DNA of 64,000 bases, from assembly GCA_043228905.1 (NCBI GenBank), contig JBHGNT010000012.1, positions 8,494,001 through 8,558,000 on the forward strand. Direction: 5' to 3'. Of this stretch, positions 1 to 10,282 are shown in pieces (position 1 is the first letter of the stretch; every line of letters starts with the position of its first letter). Origin of the DNA: Azolla caroliniana. Its lineage: Eukaryota; Plantae; Polypodiophyta. The notes beneath the pieces were generated by a model. That model did no database searches. It saw nothing but the letters and a program-made list of their open reading frames with translations, and had not been told where the DNA came from. A program made the translations under genes and the position numbers.

Positions 1-883
1 AGATCGTATTGCCCCTCACTCAACTAACACAGAAGAATCAACCATTTGTGTGGAGTATAAATGGAAACTCTGCATTTGAAGGATTAAAGCAAGCATTTAC
101 ATCCGCACCAATTTTGATGCATGTTGATCCATTGAAGCGCTTTATACTGGAAGCTGATGCATCTGACTTCGCACTAGGAAGCGTATTATCCCAGATTAGC
201 AATGATGGCCAACTGCACCCTGTGGCTTTTCATTCACGGAAATTCGAAGCTGCAGAAATCAACTATGAGATTCACGACAAAGAGCTTCTTGCCATTGTGG
301 ATTCTTTTCAACAATGGCGTCAGTTTTTGGAGGGTTCGTCTCAACAAATCATATTCTATAATGATCACAAAAATCTAACGTACTTCCAAAGTGCTCGGGT
401 CTTGAGTCGTCAACAAGCTCATTGGGTGCAGTTTTTAACTCGTTTTGATTTCGTAATTCTATATCGCCCTGGGACGCAACAAGGCAAAGCAGATGCTTTA
501 TCTCGACGTTCATATATGGAACTTCAACTAGGAGAGGCCGCATTTGAAAGTCAGAAGCAAATCCTCTTGGGTCCTGATCGTCTACGACTAATGGCTTTTC
601 ATGCTATAGACACACCCGAGGATTCAAGTCTTTTAGACTCCATTCGGGAGCATATTGAGACTGATGAATTCACCCAAGATATTCTGAGCCATATTATCCC
701 AGATCGTGCTTCTTGTTCACAATCTCAAAATCCTCGTCAAGACTACAACCAGTTAAATTGGCATGATGGTTTACTTTTTCGACAAAATCTCTTATATGTG
801 CCTGATGGTCCTTCTCGACTCCAAGTCTTGCAACAATGTCATGATACACCAATGGCTGGACATTTTGGCATCCACAAGACTTT
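1..883 (+). pseudogene. Tcn1-like chromovirus pol fragment (RNase H to integrase zinc-binding region), truncated
   Basis: ORF 9..932 has [36 protein letters not shown] and HD...GHFG motifs and is close to the pol of element D; homology stops after GHFGIHKT. Confidence 0.9.
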
Positions 884-1203
884 GGCGTTTTCTATTCTCA
901 AGTCACGACAGTTTGAACCGAATGAGTTGTGATGAATGAATAGACACCTATTTATAGGTCCTTATGGAGTATTCTGGAAAGTTCTAGAATATTTTAGATA
1001 TTTATGATATTTAATATAATCATGGAATATCCTAGAATGTTCTAGAATGTTCTAGAATACTCTAAATGTCTTGTAATAACTAATAATACATTTATTATAA
1101 CTATACATCATATATGTTAGTATAATGGTTAAAGGTCTAACATATAGACCAAGACGTCTTGAGCTCGAATCCTTGTAAGGCCAAAATGTATGTCGTCATT
1201 ACA
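884..1203 (-). mobile_element. Rearranged chromovirus LTR piece: inverted U3 (927-1203) fused to a plus-oriented LTR end and PBS (884-926)
   Basis: Minus strand starts TGTAATGAC, has a tRNA-like segment and TTCTAGAA repeats as in the LTR of D, and TATAAATA near 950. Plus strand 907-919 GACAGTTTGAACC equals the LTR/PBS junction of D. Confidence 0.7.
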
Positions 1204-1276
1204 CCATGCAATTGGCAAAGCAAGTCGAGTTCAATCTAACTTTGCTAGAAAATAGGTTGCAATGTTTTCTATTTCC
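1204..1276 (-). pseudogene. Displaced integrase C-terminal piece of Gypsy element C
   Basis: Removing element A at TSD TTAAC joins RWFGPYVV (30133 side) to KEIENIATYFLAKLD*TRLALPIA, colinear with the integrase tails of B and F. Confidence 0.8.
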
Positions 1277-1281
1277 TTAAC

Positions 1282-1719
1282 TGTTGGCTAGTTAGGCCAG
1301 AGTATGAAAGGGGAGCCGGTTTTGGGATTTGTAATTAGTTAAATTATGATAATTATAAGAGCGGACGGACGGACTGGGAATCAATATGCCGATCCGGATC
1401 TGAACCGGTTCGTAGCCGGTTGCCGGTTGGCACCGGTTTGTAACCCAGTCGGATACCTATAAAAGGATCTGGAGACGATGTAAGGAACGATAGATAATTA
1501 ATAGAGAGGTGCTGTGTCTTTACATATTGTGTATCTTGTTAATACCATTCTGTGCTTAATGTGATTATGATACGAGTGTATCAAGTTAATCAATCCAGAT
1601 AGTAACTAGGAAGGATCGGTCCTGTATCACGGTCTACACATTCCTTACGGTACCACCCCCTTGGTGAAGTGTTCCAAGGGACACCCTGTGTTAGTGGCTT
1701 GTCCAACCCGGTGACAACA
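1282..1719 (+). repeat. 5' LTR of element A, followed by a putative degenerate tRNA-Arg PBS TGGCAACCACGA (1726-1737)
   Basis: TGTTGG...GACAACA; TATA-like CCTATAAAAGG near 1457; matches 16409-16817 plus 30099-30132. Confidence 0.9.
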
Positions 1720-2139
1720 CAGTTTTGGCAACCACGATTCCTACAAAAAGTGCAGTGAACAACGGGGGAACGGATGAATATACCAACGAACGACCCAATG
1801 GCCGAGTGAGAAAGAAGACTCGCCGAGAGACTGCGGAAGTGGGAGGCCTACTAGCAGGCGACAGGGGAGATCCGTTCGGATCAGTCTTTTTCCAGAGTGA
1901 TTCGGCGGGTCGCGGAGGAGTCACTCCGATTGCAACAGAATCACCACTCGAATGAAGGAAGTAGTCTGCAGGATGTGGAGTCCATTCTGTAGACACTTGC
2001 TGCAAGAGATGACGGTTCGGAAGCGTTCTCCGCCATCGAATCGGATTCGGACGATGAACACAACGTCCAATCGAATTATCGTAGTAGCCATGATACCCCA
2101 AATGACCCGAAAGACGACGAGTGGGACCACATACCAAAA

Positions 2140-3450
2140 TTGGAGCCGGAAACAACAAAACCGGAGGCTCCAGACAAAACCATCGGTACGGAATACCAAG
2201 AGCAGGAACAAGTTCCGACACCACAACACGAGTCACCGACGAAACAGGAGGAGCGAGTTCCGACACCGGTCCCGACAGCACAAGAAGACGATGACACAAT
2301 GCCGTACCAATATCCAAAGTATCAGGATGACCCGGACACGAAAGCCCATGTATACGCGTTTCTCCAAACATGGGAGGCGAATCATGTCTCCCAACAACTG
2401 AACGAAGCCGAGGTAGAACGATCAAAAATTGAGGAATCCGGCATGACTTTAGAGGGACCCGCGGCACGTTGGCACTCCAAGCACCGCCCGGGCAATATTG
2501 CCACGTCTAAGGATTTAAAGACTAGATTTCCACGCTTCTTCCATCGACAGGTGGATCAAAGAGAGATTGTCGGCCAATTTTATACGACACGGCAGGACCT
2601 GTCCGAAACTATTCAACAGTTCGTTATCTGGTTCTAGACAATGCATAGTCAACTCACCAGAGCACTGCTAGAAGAAGAAGCGAAGGCGGTATTTTTGGTA
2701 GCGCTTCGGGAACCTCTCTGAACCTTGTGTGTGGTCATTGATTTTCGGACCAACACAATAGACCAGGTCATTGATCGGGTCATGGAAATGGACAAAACGA
2801 GTTCGTGGTTGACGATGGGAGCACTCCAAAGAACACTCCCTACCGAAGAGGACCTACGCTTTCGCTAGGCTGTCCAATGCACAACGTGCCTTAACCCCGG
2901 GCACTCAACAATAGAGTGCATGATGAGGTCGTAGTGCATGCTATGCCATTCAGTACAAGACGTCCGATACAGTAACCGATGAGACGATTATGACTAGGAC
3001 CGGAGCGAGAGAAGCCGTGACTATAACGACGATCGTTATAATTGAGATTAATCCCTCGGCTATGATCAGAGAAGAGAGGATCAACGGGAAGACTATGAAG
3101 ACCGGCGCCGGCAAGGATACCGGAACAACCGACGCTATAATAAAAAATGGAACGCTCGGAAAGAGGATCATCAGGAACCGGCAAAGGATTACCAATGAGA
3201 GTCGGACAGAAGCATAACTAGTGCTCAAGCGGAACAAAGAAGAGTAGAGGAGCCTAACCGGGTAGTATCCAGATTTCAACCGGGTAACATGCAAAAAGCC
3301 AAGTCTAGCAATATACGGAAGGCGTATTGCTACTATTGCCGTCAGGAGGGACAATACAACAACCAATGTCCGGTACAGAGTAACGAAAAATGACCGGCAG
3401 TCAACATGGTGGTCGCGGAAGTGGCGAACATCCAGCAAGTCACCACTAGA
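2140..3450 (+). pseudogene. gag of element A (retrotransposon gag domain and zinc knuckle), with stops
   Basis: TLEGPAARWH...FFHRQ gag motif, CYYCRQEGQYNNQC knuckle remnant near 3327-3369, VTTRSK motif near 3440. Confidence 0.75.
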
Positions 3451-4999
3451 TCAAAGACAAACATGACCGGATGGGTTGAATGGCCGGAATGATGATGAAG
3501 CCGGGACGATCACTGGATTGTGGTGTCCAGAAAACCAACGGTTGGAGTAGTGGCCGAATAGCAACGACCGGAGTGGCGGCAACCGGATGGCCCTAACAAA
3601 GACAGTGGCGTCGGCCTCACAGTAGCCCGATAGCGACGGTCGAATAGTGGCCGGACCGATTTCTAGAATGCACATAATGACCGGACAGCAAGCTAGACGG
3701 GCCATACAGAGACACGCCGAATAGAGACGGTTGCAGAGCTAGAGACAGACAGCGACAACCACCGAGCGATGCATACTATGGAGCTTCAAAAGGAGAAGAA
3801 GCAAAAACAGGCATAGAACGAGGAGAAATAGAGCAGAAGGAAGAAAAAAAGCATTAAGGAGAAGAAAGGAAGGAGCAACACAAACAGAGAAGAAGAGAAA
3901 GAAAGATAGGAGAAATGGAAGAAGTCATGGAAGAAATGGAGAGACGGAGAAGCGAGCAAGAGAGACAGAGAAAGAAGAAGAAAGAGGAAAAAGAAAGAAG
4001 ATAGAAGATGAAAAGGCAGAAGATTGGAAGAAGAAGAATACATGAAGCAAGAAGAACACATGAAGCAAGAAGAAATGCTTCCCGTTGCAAGTAGAATCCA
4101 AGGAAAAATAAATAATTACAATAACCATAATAATAAAACAAAAGAGAGGGAAAAACAAAACACAAGGGCATAACTAGCAAATTTCATAAAGATGTTCGAG
4201 TCAAGCCAAATTTCATAAAGATGTTCGAGTCAAGCGCTCCGATCATTGAGAGGACTGATGGAAGTTCCGGTCGAAGAAAGATTATGATCAAGGCATGTGG
4301 GATCGACGTGCAAGGCACTCTCCCACGGGCGTGCCATTGTCATGATATGGCAAGACTCGAACCCATGGCCTTAGGTTATATGGGTCGAGCTCTTTACCAT
4401 TAGACCATCTATTGTAATACATAAGATATTATTTTCATTTACATTTTATTATAGGAAATTAGTGTATATTCCAGATTTCTCTGGAACATTCTAGAAGCTT
4501 CAGGATTACTCCTGAAAACACTATAAAAGAGGGCACTAGGCATTATGTTGAACCAAATTGGTTCAACGCCAGTCTTAAGCCTTTTAGCCACCATTGTATA
4601 TTGTCTTCATATAATACATATCTTTCTTATCATCACTCTCTCTTTCTCTCCGTCTCGCTCACTCCTTCCTTCTCTCGAAGAAGTTCTACACCTCTCATAG
4701 TACTAATCCTTCGTTTAGTACTAATTCCTTCTCTGTCTCAGTACTGTTCCTGACAGTTTGAACCAATTTGCCTACCTTCTATCTCTCTCATTTCCTACTA
4801 ATCTCTTATTCCTCTTTTCTTTCATCCCATGGCCACTGTTAGCGCTGAAGAATATCAATCTGTTTTCTCGGAATTTCAATGCTTGAAAGAGAAGTTCCAT
4901 GCTTTGGAACAAGAAAACCAACGGTTGCTGGGGGATCTTCAGCAAATCTCCTTAGAAAAGTAGCAAACGCAACAACAACATGGGGAACTTGCGTTACGC

Positions 5000-5980
5000 G
5001 TGCAACAACTTGAAGCAACCATCGTAGCGATGCAACAACAAGGGCCCGGAACACAAGGGATTCATAAAGAACCCAAGATTGGCCTTCCCACGAAGTTCAA
5101 TGGAACGCGATCGCAGTTTAGAGGGTTCCTTAACCAGGTACGATTAGTTATCCAAATGCATCCTTCCCGATATCCCACCGATGCATCACGAGTGGGTTTA
5201 GTAGGCACTTTGTTAAGTGGCTCAACGTTGTCATGGTTCGCTCCACTATTAGAAAAGGAATCTCTGTTACTCAACAATTATGAAGAGGTTCTAGGTGAGT
5301 TTAAAGCATGTTTCGGAGATACTGACAACATCAGGACCGCAATCAACAAAATTCGGCGATTACGCCAAGGTAACTGTCCAGCCTCCGCATACGCTGCAGA
5401 TTTTCGCCTACTCGCCGCCGATATCCCTTGGGATGATCAAGCGTTGATGGAGCAATTCCGTTATGGTTTACGCAACGACGTCAAGGATTTACTCTTGACC
5501 TTCCCTGAAGAGCCAAAGTCCTTAACAGAAGCAATCAGTCGCGCGGTGAGATGTGACAACCGCCTCTTTGAGCAACGTTCGGAAAGACAGCTACAGATGC
5601 TGAGGCCAAGATTAGAGCCCACCTACGCCTCAGTGGTAGCAAGACCTTTTCCGAGGGAGTCATATAATGTGCCTCCAGCGAATACTCCGACTCCGATGGA
5701 GATTGACACTACACACTGTCGAGGGCCATTATCTGAAGAAGAAAAGCAGCGACGCCGTACAAATCGACTATGTCTTTACTGCGGTGGACCAGGACATATC
5801 GCAATAAATTGCCCCCATAGGCCAAGAAGAGAGGTAAACCAAATAGTCGCTAGTTCTAATTGTACTAAACCCGAGCCTATTTCAGTAGGGATATCTGATA
5901 CTCCTAATAGTACTAATAACCCAGATCTAGCAAACAAATTTGATGTCCTTAGTCAGTTAGAAGAAGAGTTAAACGACTAA
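5000..5980 (+). CDS. Gag of element D (Ty3/PEG10-like capsid and CCHC knuckle); true start further upstream and frameshifted
   Basis: PTKFNG, LRQG, TPMEID and CLYCGGPGHIAINC motifs. Confidence 0.85.
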   Translation: MQQLEATIVAMQQQGPGTQGIHKEPKIGLPTKFNGTRSQFRGFLNQVRLVIQMHPSRYPTDASRVGLVGTLLSGSTLSWFAPLLEKESLLLNNYEEVLGEFKACFGDTDNIRTAINKIRRLRQGNCPASAYAADFRLLAADIPWDDQALMEQFRYGLRNDVKDLLLTFPEEPKSLTEAISRAVRCDNRLFEQRSERQLQMLRPRLEPTYASVVARPFPRESYNVPPANTPTPMEIDTTHCRGPLSEEEKQRRRTNRLCLYCGGPGHIAINCPHRPRREVNQIVASSNCTKPEPISVGISDTPNSTNNPDLANKFDVLSQLEEELND

Positions 5981-6006
5981 GTCCAGCCAAAATAGGAGCC
6001 ATTTGG

Positions 6007-9000
6007 TTGGACAGCCCTAGATCTCTGCAGCCCATTAGTGGTTCCATTCCCTCTAAGCAAGTTAGTGATGTGTTCGTAGCCCAAGTAATAGTTAGTACTA
6101 AAAGTACCCCTCCAGTACATGTCCTAGCACTCCTAGATTCCGGAGCTAACTCTTGCTTTATGGATAAGAAATTTGCTCAAGCTTATAAGATATCCCTAAG
6201 AAAACTCCAGTGTCCAACCTCTGTAGTAGTCATTGATGGACGTCCCATTGCTTCCGGAAATATCATAGAAGAGTCAGAGCCCATTAATATTGTCCTAGAT
6301 AACTTAGCATGTGTAGTATCATTTAATATTATTAGTATCCCAGAACATCCTATAGTTTAGGATTACCGTGGTTCGAGTTACATAACCCAGACATAGATTG
6401 GAGAACAAGAGAAATCCGATGTCGACAAACCCAAGGGACAACTCAGAAGATGGCAACCATTTCGCTATGTCAGTTGCGTAAAGAAGGGCGCGAGGAGGAA
6501 ATGTTCCTCTTTGCAATATCAGTAAACCCCTCCAGCACCACTAAAGAAGAATCCACCGTTCAACTTCCCGAGAAGCATCGTCATTACGCCGATGTGTTCG
6601 ATAAAGTACAAGCCAACACACTTCCTCATCGTCGACCGTACAATTGCCCCATCGATTTACAACCGGGAAAAGAGCCGCCATGGGGACCGATCTACAATTT
6701 GTCACCAACCGAGCTGGAAGTCCTTCGGACCTATATTGAGGAGAATTTGGAAAATCGTTTCATTCGACATTCAAAATCTCCAACCGGCGCGCCCATTTTC
6801 TTCGTCAAGAAAAAAGATGGATCGCTTCGTCTCGTTGTAGACTACCGTGGCTTGAATAAGATTACAATCAGGAATAGGTATGCTCTTCCCCTTATCTCAA
6901 GTCTTTTAGAACGGATCAATGGGGCCAGGTTCTTCACGAAGATCGACTTACGGGGAGCATATAACCTCGTACGGATCTGACCAGGAGACGAATGGAAGAC
7001 CGTGTTTCGCACAAGATATGGGCACTTCGAGTATACGGTCATGCCGTTCGGCCTCACTAATGCGCCGACAGTCTTCCAGCACATGGCTAATGATATATTC
7101 CGAGATCTATTGGATGATTGTTTGATCATCTATTTGGATGATCTACTGGTTTATTCAAAGACCCAAGAAGAACATGATTCTCATGTACTATTAGTACTAA
7201 AATGACTTCGAGAACATGGTCTGTATGCAAAGCTGGAAAAATGTAGTTTTGGGTGCAACCAAGTGGAATTTCTCGGCTACATCATTTCGTCAGAAGGCAT
7301 CTCCATGGACCCAACTAAGGTCAGAACGGTGGTAGAATGGCAGACTCCGCGTTCGGTGCGGGATGTGCAATGCTTCCTAGGCTTTGTCAATTTTTACCGG
7401 AAGTTCATACAAGATTACTCAAAGATCGTTCTACCTCTCACACAACTTATCAGGAAGGGACAACCGTTCATCTAGTCTGAAGAAACGGACATGGCTTTCG
7501 AGAGTCTTAAAAAGGCATTTACATCGGCTCCAATTCTAGCTCATGTCGATCTGGAAAAAGCATTCATTATCGAAGCTGACGCATCGGATTTTGCATTGGG
7601 GAGCATTCTGTCACAATAGGGGAATGATGAGAAGCTACATCATGTGGCTTTTTACTCACGCAAGTTTGACGCCGCCGAAATTAACTACGAAATTCATGAT
7701 AAGGAGCTATTGGCAATAATGGATTCTTTTATGCAATGGAGGCATTTTCTGGAGGGATCCTCTCATCCAGTCACCGTATTTAGTGATCACAAGAATCTTG
7801 CCTACTTTCAGGATGCTCGTGTGTTTAATCGACGTCAAGCTCGGTGGGCCCACTTCCTCACGCGTTTCGACTTCAAAATTACATATCGTCCGGGGAAGCA
7901 CCAAGGGAAGGCAGATGCATTATCACGACGTTCGTATCTAGCACCAAAAACAAGTCATCTTGGGACCGGCACGACTACAAGCAACACAAATCTTTGACAT
8001 GCCCATGGATTCACGCGTTATCGATACCATACGTGAAGACTTGAAGACAGATGCGTTCGCCCAAGCTATACTAGCACAAATTGATCCCTCTCGAGCGTCG
8101 TGTTCACAGTCGCAACCACCAGGTACGGACTATCGGCAATTCAAATACCATGATGGATTACTCTTCTTTAAAGAACTTTTGTATGTTCCTAATGGTTCTT
8201 GCCGCCTTCGAGTAGTTCAAAACTACCATGACACATATACAACTGGGCATTTTGGTAGTACTAAAACATTACATTTAGTACAACGATCATTCTGGTGGCC
8301 CTGTATGCGACAATTTGTCGAGGATTTTGTTCGGACTTGTGATACATGTTGCAGAGAAACAATGCCAAGGCATCATCCATATGGTTTATTAGAACCATTA
8401 CCAATTCCAAGCAAGCCGTGGCAATCCATTGCTCTAGACTTCATCACAGATCTTCCAGTCTCTAAGGGGTTCAATGCGATTCTAACGGTGGTCGATCGAT
8501 ACACGAAGATGACTCATTTCTTGCCATGTACTAAGGAGATCTCCAGTGAAGACACTGCCGAAATTGTCATGCGTGAAGTATGTCGGCATCATGGACTTCC
8601 TGATAGTATCATCAGCGATCGTGGACCCCAGTTCGTGTCAAAATTCTGGAAGCACCTTTTTAACATGCTCAAGGTCTCTTGTAACCTCTCCTCCGGCTAC
8701 CACCCACAAACCGACGGCCAAGCTGAACGAACAAATCAAACGCTAGAGCAGTATCTGCGGTGCTTTCTCAGTTATCATCAGGACGACTGGGCAAATATTC
8801 TCCACTTCGCCGAATTTGCCTATAACAACTCTATCCACGCATCTACTAAAGTTACGCCATTTTATGCTTATACGGGATGTCACCCCCGGTGGAGTGTACT
8901 TGAAACCCCAGAGGTGTCCACAAATCCGTGCGCGGAGGATCGTTTGGAGAGGTTACGCAAGATACAAGCGGATTTATCTACTCATCTCCAGCAAGCTCAA

Positions 9001-9534
9001 CAAACACACAAGGTCTACGCGGATCGTCATCGACTTCCATCCAGTTTTAATATTGGAGATCGGGTGTGGCTGCTACGATGACACATCAAGACTACTCGCC
9101 CATGTGAGAAGTTGGATTATCGGCGATTAGGTCCTTTCCGCATTAATGGACAGATTAATGATGTCGCTTTTCGTCTCGATCTACCTCCTCAACTTTGGAT
9201 ACATCCGGTGTTTCATAGTTCTCTCCTTGAACCCTACCATGAGAGCACCATCCCAGGACGTCTTATCCAACCTCCACCCTCGATCGAGCTTGAAGATGGG
9301 CCGGAGTACGAGGTTGCCGCCATCCTTGATTCCAAGATTGTTCGCAACAAGCTCTACTATCTAGTCGATTGGCTAGGCTATAGTCCCAACGAACGTACTT
9401 GGGAACCGATCGAGAATGTGACCAATGCTCGTGCTCTTCTTGAAGACTTCCATCGTCAATATCCACACAAACCAGGTCCTCAATCCAAGACGACTCGTGA
9501 CACTCGTCGTTTTAAAGGAGGGATAGTGTCATGA
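6007..9534 (+). pseudogene. pol of element D: protease, RT, RNase H, integrase and chromodomain
   Basis: [35 protein letters not shown] and EYEVAAILDS..YYLVDWLGY..TWEP chromodomain; broken into several ORFs. Confidence 0.93.
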
Positions 9535-10282
9535 TATGGCAAGACTCGAACCCATGACCTTAGGCTATATGGGTTGAGCTCTTTACCATTAGACCATCTA
9601 TTGTAATACGTAGGATATTATTTTCATTTACATTTTATTATAGGAAATTAGTGTATATTCCAGATTTCTCTGGAACATTCTAGAAGCTTCAGGATTACTC
9701 CTGAAAACACTATAAAAGAGGGCACTAGGCATTATGTTGAACCAAATTGGTTCAACGCCAGTCTTAAGCCTTTTAGCCACCATTGTATATTCTCTTCATA
9801 TAATACATATCTTTCTTATCATCACTCTCTCTCTCTCTCGATCTCTCTCTTTCTCTCCGTCTCGCTCACTCCTTCCTTCTCTCGAAGAAGTTCTACACCT
9901 CTCATAGTACTAATCCTTCGTTTAGTACTAATTCCTTCTCTGTCTCCGTACTGTTCCTGACAGCCATATTGTGTTAATGTACGAGATGTACGGGTGATTG
10001 ATAAGTGTGATAAGTGAGGGTGAAAGATGTAATGCTTTGATATGTATGTGTAATGTTATACGATTATGAGTGTGAATGTAAGTGTGAGTGTGGTGGATAC
10101 AAAGAGGTGTGAGTAGTGACTAGGTGTGAATGCAAACAAGCAAACAAGCAATGGAATGGATCGAAAAGGCAAATGAATAGAATGTCACCAAACAGAAGGA
10201 GCAAAGGAACGCATTGGAGGAACCTTCAAGGACGACGCAACAGGATAACCCCACCTGGCAGGCATTATAGGAATGCCAGATC

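Larger units (their letters stand above)
4338..9962 (+). mobile_element. Element D: Tcn1-like chromovirus, full length, with several stops/frameshifts
   Basis: LTRs 4338-4755 and 9527-9962 (about 7 substitutions by eye plus a CT-microsatellite indel), TSD GCCAT, PPT AAAGGAGGGATAG 9514-9526. Confidence 0.95.
3460..10095 (+). mobile_element. Orphan 3' non-coding region and LTR start of another Gypsy-type element inside A, split by element D
   Basis: Non-coding AG-rich tract 3790-4100, tRNA-like motif 4297-4336, then after D (about 9970-10095) a sequence resembling the minus-strand start of the LTR at 63257-63601 (TGTACGGG, GTATGTGTAATGT). Confidence 0.55.

Noticed and set aside
1691-2467. Antisense ORFs over gag/pol regions (also 26586-27410 and 36776-37537)
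   Set aside because: Shadow frames of GC-rich retroelement coding sequence with no recognisable motifs.
3786-4180. Hydrophobic ORFs resembling membrane or env proteins
   Set aside because: Translation of a low-complexity AG-rich tract.
4345-4412. Functional tRNA gene
   Set aside because: Acceptor and anticodon stems do not pair; only the promoter boxes are retained.
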